NCBI GenBank assembly: GCA_965203445.1
Contig: OZ241883.1
Span: forward strand, 864,001 to 928,000
Length of the DNA: 64,000 nt
Reading direction: 5' to 3'
Origin: Candidatus Oxydemutator sp.
Lineage (GTDB): Bacteria > Pseudomonadota > Gammaproteobacteria > Poriferisulfidales > Oxydemutatoraceae
Positions 15,001-25,300 of the stretch are shown here, one piece after another. The notes beneath the pieces are model-generated. The model saw nothing but the letters and a program-made list of their open reading frames with translations, did no database searches and was not told the origin of the DNA. The translations under genes and the position numbers were made by a program. Positions within the stretch are counted from its first letter, which is position 1; each line of letters begins with the position of its first letter.

Positions 15001-18000
15001 CCTTCCGGATCGCGCGCGCTGCCGATCAGAACCACCACGGCGCCCTCGGACACCACCTGGTCAAGACCGACGTACGCCGTCGGCGCGTCGTTCGGGCCGG
15101 CGCGCACCGTGATCACCACCGTCGCCGTCGGCGAGCGTTCGCCTTGTGCGTCCCGCACCCGCAATGAAAACTCCAATGTTTCGTCCGACACCAACTGCAA
15201 CGGCGCCGTGAAACTCGCGGTTACCGACAGCACGCCCGTCAGCGTAACGCTCCTGCCGGCGGTCTGGCTCCACTGATACGTCAGCAACTCTTCCTCCGGA
15301 TCGCGGCTGGCGCCGCCGTCCAGAATCACCACCGCACCCTCGGACACCACCTGCGCAAGACCCGCGTCCGCCTCCGGCGCGTCGTTCTCGCCCGCGCGCA
15401 CCGTCACCACCACCGACGCGGTCGAAACCGCACCCCGCGTGTCCGTTACCCGCAGCACAAACCCCAGTTCCTCGTCCGACAACAACTGCATCGGCGCCGT
15501 GAAACTCGCGGTTACCGACACCGCGTTCGTCAGCGTAACGCGCACGCCCCGGGTCTGACTCCAGCCATACAACAGCACCTCCTCCTCCGGGTCGCTGCTG
15601 CCGGTGCCATCCAGTATCACCACCGCACCCTCGGACACCACCTGCGCAAGACCCGCGTCCGCCGTCGGCGCGTCGTTCGGGCCGGCGCGCACCGTCACCA
15701 CCACCGTGTTCGTCGTGATCTCTCCACCCACGCTCTGGTTCCGTATCCGCGAGCGCGTCGAAGACTCGCCACGCTCGTCCGTCGCCACCAACAGAAACTC
15801 CAATACCTCGTCGTCCACCAACTGCGACGGCGCCGCGAACGTCGTAGTCAACGACTGCGCATCCGTCAGCGTGACCCTCCTGCCCACGGTCTGGCTCCAG
15901 CGATACCGCAACGTCTCGTTCTCGGCGTCGCTGCCGCTGCCGGTCAACACCACCACCGCGCTCTCCGACACGCTCTGATCCTCCCCGACTTGCACCGTCG
16001 GCGCGTCGTTCTCGCCGGCGCGCACCTCGACCACCACCACGTCCGCGTCCGTCGCGTCGCGCGCGTCCGTTACCGTCAACTCGAACACCAGCGTCGCCGT
16101 CGCCACCAACTGCATCGGCGCCGTGAACGTCGCGGTGCTCGCGACGCCTATCGTCGCTCCCGTCAGCGTCACCCGACCGCCGCTGATCTGACGCCAGGCG
16201 TACCGCAACTCCTCTCTCTCCGGATCGGTGCTGCCGTCGCCGTTCAGCGTCACCAACTCTCCCTCCTGCACGACCTGGTTTCCGCCCGCGTCCGCCTCCG
16301 GCGCGTCGTTCGCGCCGGCCTGCACCGTAATCACCACGGTATTGGTCGTGTTACCGGTCCGTTCGGGGGTCGGATCCGAACCCAATCCGTGCACGTCGGC
16401 AACCACCAGCGTGAACTCCAACTGCGCGTCGGCCTGCAACTGCGTCGGCGCACGGAAACTCGGCGTCGCCGACGACGCATCACTCAAACTCACGCGCGCC
16501 ACGTCCACGCCGCCCGTCTGACGCCACTGATACGTCAGCCGATGATCCTGCGGATCGCTGCTCCCCGTGCCGTCCAGGATGACCACCGCACCCTCGGACA
16601 CCACCTGGTCAGGGCCGGCGTTCGCCGTCGGCGTCGTGTTGGCGCCCGCCTCCACCGTAATGACCACGGTGGCCGTCGTCGCCAGATCGCGCGCGTCCGT
16701 CGCCCTCAATGCAAATCCCAGCACCGCCGCCTCCGACAAACCCGACGGCGCCACGAAGCTTGCGTTGATAGACGTTGCGCCCGTCAACGTAACCAACGGC
16801 TGCCCGCTGGTCTGGCTCCATTGAAGACTCAACCTCTCCCCCTCCAGATCAAACGCGCTGCCGCGCAGGGTTACCGTCTGGCCTTCGCTGACGAACCGGT
16901 CGTCGCCCGCGTCCACCACCGGCGCGTCGTTCGGGCCGGCCTGCACCGTGATCACCACCGACACGGGGGCCGCACGACCGCCCCGATCGTCTTCCACATA
17001 CAACGCGAATTCCAAATCCTCGTCATTGACCAACTGCGGCGGCGCCGTGAACGTCGTACGCCTGCTTTCGCCAAATCCCTCCAGATTCACAAAGTAAGAC
17101 CTGAGCGGATTGCTGCCGGCTCCGGTTTGAAACCAGCGATACCTCAGCGCATCGCCTTCCAGATCGCGCGCGCTGCCGATCAGAACCACCACGGCGCCCT
17201 CGGACACGACCTGAGCAGGCACGGCGTCCACCTCCGGCGCGTCGTTCGGACCGGCGCGCACCGTGATCACCACCGTGTTCGTCGTGTCATCACCCGACTG
17301 CGCTTCCCTAGGCGACGACAACCCCCGCGTATCCGTCACCACCAGCACGAACGAAAGGGTCTCATTACTTCTCAACTGCACTGGTGCCGCGAACGTCGTC
17401 GTTACCGACAGCGCGTTCGTCAGCGTGACGCTCCTGCCGCCGATCTGACGCCAGCCATACACCAGCACCTCGTCCTCCGGATCGCTGCTGCCGGTGCCGT
17501 CCAGCGTTACCACGTCGCCCTCGTCCACCACCTGATCGGCGCCCGCGTCCGCTACCGGCGCGTCGTTCGCACCGGCACGCACCTCGACCGACACCGTATC
17601 CGTGCCCGCCGCGTCGCGCACGTCCGTCACCGTCAGCCGGAACACCAGCGTCGCCGTCTCCACCAACTGCAACGGTGCCGTGAACGTCGCCGCCGCCGTC
17701 ATCGGAGTGCCCAACCCCGCGTCGCGCCCGCCGATCTGTTCCCACCTGTACGCCAACGCGCCGCCCTCGGTGTCGCTCGCACTGCCGCGCAACGCGACCT
17801 CGGCCCCTTCGTCGACCACTTGATTGGGGCCCGCCTCCACCACCGGCGGCGTGTTCGCGCCCAACTCCACCGTGACCGCAACCGTGGCGGTCGCCGCCAG
17901 ATCGCGCTCGTCCACAACCCTTAACGCAAACCCCAGCACCGTCGCCTCCGCCAGACCCGTCGGCGCCGTGAACGTCGCCACCGACGACGTCGCACCGGAC

Positions 18001-19350
18001 AACGCCACCGTCGGTTGCCCGCTGATCTGGCTCCATTGGTACGTCAGCATCTCCCTCTCCGGATCGTTGCTGGCGCTGCCGTCCAACGTCACCATCGCGC
18101 GCTCGGTTACCGTCTGGTCGGACCCGGCGTCCGCCGTCGGCGCGTCGTTCGGACCCGGCCTTACCCGAACCAGCACCCGGTCCGACGAACTCGCGTTGCG
18201 CACGTCGGTTACCGTCAGCGTGAATTCCAACGTCGCCGTCGTCGCCAGCTGTGGCGGCGCCGTGAAGGTCGCGGTCGCCGTCGTCGCACCGCCCAACGCC
18301 ACCCGCGCCACGTCGAGACCGCCGGTTTGTCGCCAGCTGTACATCAGGCGTCCACCTTCCGAATCGTCGGCGACGCCGCGCAGCGTCACCGTCTCTCCTT
18401 CGGTCGTCACTTGATCCAGTCCGGCGTCCACCGTCGGCGGCGTGTTGGCGCCCAATTCCACCGTGACGATCACCGTGTCGGTCGTCGCCATATTGCGCTC
18501 ATCCGTCGCTCTCAATGCAAACCCCAACGTCGTTGCCGCCGCCAGACCCCTCGGCGCCGTGAAGGTCGCGGTCGCCGACGTCGCATCGCGCAACGTCACC
18601 AACGGCTGGCCGCTGGTCTGGCTCCACTGGTACCTGAGATTCTCTCCTTCGGGATCGTTGGCGGCGCCGCGCAGCGTCACCAACTCGCCCTCGCCTACGG
18701 TCAGGTCCATACCCGCGTTCACCTCCGGCGCGTCGTTCGGGCCGGCGCGCACCGTGATCACCACCGTGTTCGTCGAAGCCTCGTCGCGTTGGGGGCTTGC
18801 CACGGACGGCAAGCCGCGCGTATCGCTCACTATCAGGAAAAACTCCAACTCCTGATCCTGCACCAGCTGCGTCGGCGCCGCAAACGTCGTGACCGCCGCG
18901 CTATCGTCCGCCAGCACCACGTCCCTGCCGGCGATCCGCGTCCAGTGATACGTCAACGACTCGTTTTCCGGATCGCTGCTTCCGGTGCCGTCCAACGTCA
19001 CCACTTCGCCCTCGGCCACCGTCTGGTCGGGGCCCGCGTTGGCCGTCGGCGCATCGTTCTGGCCGGGTGTCACCGTGATCATCAGCGCGTCGGAGGGGCT
19101 CAGCAGGCCCCCCGAATCACGCACATTCAGCCAGAACACGAGAAGGACGGTCTCCGCCAGTTGGGTCGGCGCACGAAAAGTCGGACGCGCCGTCGCTGCA
19201 CCCGTCAGGGTAACGTTCGGTCCTCGGACTTGTCGCCACTGATAGGATACCGGCTGCCGCGTATCGCTATCTCTGCTGGCGCTGCCGTCGAGCGTCACTA
19301 CGGCGCCCTCGGTCACGGTCTGGTCCAGTCCGGCATCTGCTATCGGGCTC
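1..19350 (-). repeat. Array of ~60-65 PKD/Ig-like ~300-bp coding repeats (NDAPxADAGxDQVVDEGxxVTLDG...DP...YGWRQ)
   Basis: Recurrent + motif GGCGCGTCGTTC (=NDAP) about every 300 bp. Homologous shadow ORFs at 1286, 4907, 6713, 8519, 10334, 12122 give periods of 3621, 1806, 1806, 1815 and 1788 bp. Domain count is an estimate from length. Confidence 0.9.
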
Positions 19351-22300
19351 TGGTTCGGGCGTTGCAGCCCGACGTCGAAATTGGCGTAGCGCAAAGCCGG
19401 ATATTGCAAATCACTGCCGAAATCCCAGGGGGTGTCCACGGCGCCGTCGTTGTCCACGTCCACGTTCCAGGTGGTGTAGATACCGGTGTAGGTAGTGGGC
19501 GACTGCAACTCGCGGGTCGTTCCCGGCGTGCCACCGGCGCTGCTTTGTTGGCGGCTTCGATCTGTATCCCAGTAACTGTTGGCCACGCGGGCGGTACTCA
19601 AACCCTCACCCACCAAGCCGCCGCTCTGGCCAGTACTCAACGTGTAACTAGCGGTCACTACTCCATGGTTAAGGCCCACCAGGCCGCCACTGAGGCCGTA
19701 ATATGAGCCAACGCCGGAGGCAACTCTCCCTATGTTGATCGCTGCGTAACTGGCGACTATCGTTCCGGCGTTATAACCCACCAGGCCGCCAATTTGGGAT
19801 CTGCCAAAAATGGAAGCTCGAATCGAACCGATTTGAGGTAACTGTTGGGTTGTCAGTTCCCTCATCGCATAACAGGCTGCTATCGTTCCGAAGTTCCGGC
19901 CCGCCAGCGCACCGATGCTATTTCTTCCAGCTACTCTGACGTCAGGCAGCCCCACCCCCACTATCATGCCGCCGCTGCCTACTTGGCCGAACAAGCCAGC
20001 GTCGTCGCCCGCATTCCCCAAGGTATAGTCTGGCCTGCCCTGGTCGTTGCTGTCGGCCAAAAGGTTGATCGCAAGGCTCCTGATAGCGTAACCATTGCCC
20101 TGGAACGTCGCGTTGAACGAATCGTTGCGGTTGCCGATGGGGTTCCAGCCAGAACGCGGACTCACGTCGGAAGACAGTTCATAGCCGAGGCAACGGCCAT
20201 CGCGACACCCCATATCCGCTCGTCCGTCGGGGAAAGCCTCGTGATAACTCACGACAGCGGAACCGACCGGAACGCCGTCGCCGTCCAGATCCCAGCGAAT
20301 AGCGTTCAGCTGACTCTCGTTTCCGACTTCGATGAGATGATCGCCGTCCAGGTCGTAGCTCCTGTTGCGCTCCGATACCGCGATAGTGATCGTCAGAACG
20401 GCCGTATTGCCGTCCTCGTCGGTGACGCTGATGCGATAAGTGTCGGGACCGGATTTTGTCGTCGGCGTGCCTATGATGGTGCCGATTTGCGCCGTGGTGG
20501 GCTGGTCGTGGCGCAGTCCCTGCGACAGCGAGGGCAGATTCGAGTACGTCACCCGGCCGAAACCACCCGACGCCTGCGGCAGATTAAAGGAGACCGGTTC
20601 ACCCACCGTGAAAAGCCTCTGGATAGACGCGGGCGTGAAAAACGGCGGCTGGGGTCGCCGGATTACAAAGGGAACGAGCAGCGTCGCGCTGTCCGTCTCC
20701 GATCTGTCGGCGTCCTCATCGTGTGCGATAAACTCCAATACGTAGGTGCCCGGATTGTTTCCTATCTGAAAAGTTACACTCCGTAACCGAGGACTGGCAG
20801 GATCAGGTATTTGCAGTTGCAAGGTTTGCAGGAAAGAAGCCGTTTCTTCGGAAACCCCGTAGCTAAGGTTGCCGTCACCGCCCGACGCCCGCGGCAGCTC
20901 AATATAAAGGCCGAACACGAGATCGGGCCTCTGGCCTACTAAGATGGTCCGCGTAGTCTGTCTCGCATCGGCGGCAAACGTCGGATGCACGTTGCCGAGC
21001 ACGTTCGTGCGCGGCCCCCTGGTGACGGTATGCGCGCCAAGATCGAGATTGGCGTCGGCGCCGCCCGTCGCGGAGCGAATGGCGGCTGCGGCGGGCGTCG
21101 TCAGCGCCCGCGCCGATATATCAATGCCGTCATCGTCCCGATCCGGCGTGCGCACGCGGTATTCAAACCGCAGCGAACCATCCGCCTCCAGCCCGGCAAA
21201 GCTCGCGCGCGCGTCGGTGGTGCCGATGGTCAGCGCCAGTTGCGGCGTGCCCGTCACCGCCACCGGCCTGTCGAAGCCGACGTACGCGGTGATGACGTCG
21301 CGCCAGCGAAAAGCACCGCCGGCGCGCGTGGTGCCGTCAAGCCTGACGCTGTTCACCACCGGGGGCAAGGCGATACGGCCATCCACTCTGTGGCGCGTGC
21401 TGTTGACCACGGCGTGGACGCCGAGATCGAGATTCACCGGATTGCCGCTCTCCGACACGACGCTCTCCCCGGCACCCAACTTGATCGCGTCCGCGGCAAT
21501 GGAGAGACCGCCGACGTCGCTCCAGGTGGTCTGTACGACGGCGCGGAAAATCAACAGGGTATTGGTGTCGGTAGTGACCTGAGGGAAGCGCACGCTGGCG
21601 GGGTTCTCCAACCCGACTTCCAGCTCGGGCGAACCGTTGACGGAGATCGGATTGTCAAAGCGCACCTGCGCCTCTATCGTGTCGCCGGCGGTGTAGGTGT
21701 CGGTGCGCCCCTGGCGCCCGCCGAGGGACACGTCAACCACGACCGGCACGACTGTCACCGCCAATTCGAAAGTCAGCGTGTCGGTGTCCCCGTCTTCGTC
21801 GCTTACGGTCAGCACGTAGGTCGTCGTGGAATGCCCCGCGATCGGCGTGCCGCCGATGGCGGTCGGCGCGGTGTGGGTCACTCCCGCCGGCAGCGGCGGG
21901 GATATGCGATAGCTCAGCGCACCGTCGCCGCCCGACGCCTGCGGCAAAAACGTCGGAGGGTTGAACACGTTCAGCGAGAGAGTGAGCGATGGCGCCTCGG
22001 CACCGCCGAACGACGGAAACAAGTCCCGCACCACCGTGACCGCATAGGTCGTCACATACGCCGGGTCCTGCGCCGTCACCTCTGCGGTAATGACGGTTTC
22101 GCCGGCGCCGAGATCAACCTGATGGCCGAGCATCGTCGAATCCGCGTCCGCCGGCTCGATGCGCACGGTGGCGGCGGCGTTCGCTTTCGTTGCCGTCACC
22201 GTCAGGCGCATCAAGCCGCTGGCAACGTTGGCACGGTACCTGGTGACGCCGGAATCAAACGCCGGGGTCAGCGTGCCGTCCGAGACGACCAGCGCCCCCA

Positions 22301-25300
22301 GGGTCGCGTCGTCGGACAGTACCGGCGGCGGGGCCGGAGAAAGTGCGTGCGCGCGCAACGTCGGATATTGGCTCGACGTGCCGAAATTCCACGGATCGTC
22401 GGCAACGTCGTCTCCATCCAGGTCCACGTTCCAGTTGGCGTAGATGCCGGTGTAGGTAGTGGGGCCCTGCAACCCGGCGGGGCTTTGGCCCGTTCCCGCG
22501 CAGAAGCTGCCTACCGTGTTTGCGTTGCTCCAGTAGCTGTCGGTTACCGTTCCACCCCACCTCAAAGCCGGATGCGCAACCGTCAAACCACAACTGAAAG
22601 AAGCAAATCCCCCTTCGGGATTACCCGTCGCATAGCTCGCGATTATCGTTCCTCTGTCATTCACGTTGGTGCCGACCAGGCCGCCGACCGATCGGCGGGC
22701 TTCTACCGATGCCGTCGCATAGCTCGCGATTATCGTCCCCTCATTGCGGCCCACCAGGCCACCCACTTCCGTAAAGGCGTTTGCTATATGGCTATAAACC
22801 GCTTGGGTCTCCACTGTGCCTCTGTTTCCGCTTCTGAACCACGTGCCGCCCGTTGCATAACAAGCTGCAATTGTCCCGTCGTTTCGGCCCGCCAGACCAC
22901 CGACGTAGTTTCTCCCCACTACCAGAACGTTACGCAAACCGAGTCCGACAATCGTGCCGCTGCTGCCGACGTAACCAAACAGACCGACGTAATCGTTATC
23001 GAATCGGTAAATAGACAGCCTGTTATTTGCCGTGCCACCACCCAGGTTGGTACCGCTGATTTCATAGCTGTTGCCGTCGAAGGTGGCGTTGAACGGAGTG
23101 TTGGCATCGCCGATCGGGTCCCACTGAGAACTACCAACGTTCAAGTTGGATCCCAGCTCATACCCGCGACAACCGCTGGAAGGACACCCCATGCCCTGCC
23201 GCCTCGTGGGAAAAGCCGAATCGTAGGAAGCGGCGTTCGTCGGCATGCCGTCGCCGTCCAGATCATGGCGAATGGCGTTCATCTGCGCCACGTTGCGCAC
23301 CTCTATCAGACCATCGTTATCGAGGTCGTAATCGGTACCGCTGGGGCCGGTGCCGGGATCAACGGGCGGCGCCTCGCGCGGCTGCTCGGCGGGGCGGAAA
23401 TTGCGATACTGCAACACCGGATAAAAGCCGTTCGCAATGCTCCACGGGGAGTCGGCGGCGTTGTCGCCGTCCACGTCCGCGCTCTGCCAGGAAGAATACA
23501 GAGAGAGCGCGGAAGACAGCAGATCGGCAGTCGAGGCGGCCAGACCGCCGCCGCCACTGACCGACCAGCCGCTGGTTTGCCGATCCCATCCGCTGTCTAT
23601 CACGCGGGAGCCTCTGAAACTATGACCTACCAGGCCACCGAAGCTACCCGTACCCCCGGGTATGACGGCCCCTCTCGCGTAACTGTAGCGGATCGTGCCG
23701 GCGCTGCGCCCCACCAAGCCGCCGACCCGTCCGACGCCGGTGACCGAAGCGGCCGCGTAACTCGCCACCACGGTGCCGCCGCCGGCCAGCTCACCGACCA
23801 GACCGCCGGCGTCGCGCCCCGAGACCGCGCCGGTCACGTAGCAGGCGCCGATCCGGCCCGCGCTTCGGCCCGCAATACCGCCGACCCGGTGGCCGCGCGA
23901 CGTCACGTCGGCGTTCGCCAGACCGACTCCCAGCACCTCGCCGCCGCCACCGATGCTGCCGAACAGACCGGCGTAGTTATCGGCGCTGTTGATGTACAGG
24001 TTGGATATGACGCGGCCATTGCCGTGGAAAGTGGCGGTGAAGTCGTTATTGAGGCCGCCGATGGGTCGCCAACTGACGCGCCCGGTCGTCGGGAACGACA
24101 AATCCCGGGCCAGTTCGTAGCCGCTGCAACGGCCGCCGCAATCCACCTGCGGATCCAATAACGGGAAACCGGCGCCGTAGGCGGCGGCGTCAGCCCCGGC
24201 GTCGACCCGCCCATTGCCGTTCAAATCCCAGCGGATTGCGTCCAGTTGCCGAACGTCGTTGATCTCGATGAGGCCGTTGCCGTTGGCATCGTAGTCGAGC
24301 ATTCTGACGTCCAAATAAAAAGTCGCCGTCGCGGTGCGGTTCGCGCGGTCCGTCGCCGTGTAGGTATAGGGGCCGTAGATTCCGGCCGCGACGGCGTTGC
24401 CCGGCGCGTCGGCCCGCCCGGAAAGGACACGCGTCGCCGGGTCGAGCGAGAAGTTGCCCGGCAACGACGGCGACACCGTGTAACGCAGCGGCGCGAATCC
24501 GCCCGCGGCCGGCGGCAGCGTCATCTGGAAAGCCACCCGCCGTCGCAGGAAAATATAGCCGGGGGTCGTCGAATGGGCGTTGGAAATCGTCGCCTGCGGG
24601 AACGCCAGCGGCGCCGATGCCCGCGCGAACTGCGCCGAAATCTGCGCGCCCGCGCGCTCGTGCTTCGACGCCGGAAACTGGCTCGCGGTGCCGAAATCCC
24701 ACGGATCGTCGGCGACGCCGTCTCCATCCACGTCCACGTTCCAGGCGGCGTAAATCGCAACGCCGGCGTTGCCGGCGGTGTCGTCGTAACTGGTGGGCGT
24801 CTGCAAGTTGCCGATGGTCCTGGAGGTGCCGCCGTTGCTGTGGGAAAAACCGCTCAATACGGCGTTGTAGTAACTGGCGGCGACCGTGCACCCGCCGGAG
24901 CAGTCTGCATTACGGCCTATCAAGGCGCCGTGCTGCTGAACGTCGCCGGCCGGCCGAGTCGAGCGCACGCGGCCAATCGCGTAGCTGGCGATTACGGCCG
25001 CCGGTGCTCCCTGCGCGCCGACCAGGCCGCCAACCACGCTGCCCGTTACCGAGACCGAGGCATAAGAGGCTACGACGTCTCCTTGCTGCCAGCCCACCAG
25101 ACCACCCGTGCCCCATGCGCCAACCACCTGACCATCCGCAACGTAGCTGGCGGTGATCGTCGAACCCGTATGCATACTGCCCGCCAGGGCGCCGGCGTTA
25201 CTGCCGCCCGACCTTATATTCACGTCGAGCAGGCCGAGCGCCCTGATCACGCCGCCGCTTCTCAACACGCCGAACAAACCGCGATCACTACGCGCGGCGT

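Noticed and set aside
1-19350. DGR or invertible shufflon acting on adhesin repeats
   Set aside because: No reverse transcriptase or invertase seen; all repeats are direct and in frame, and differences are not adenine-specific.
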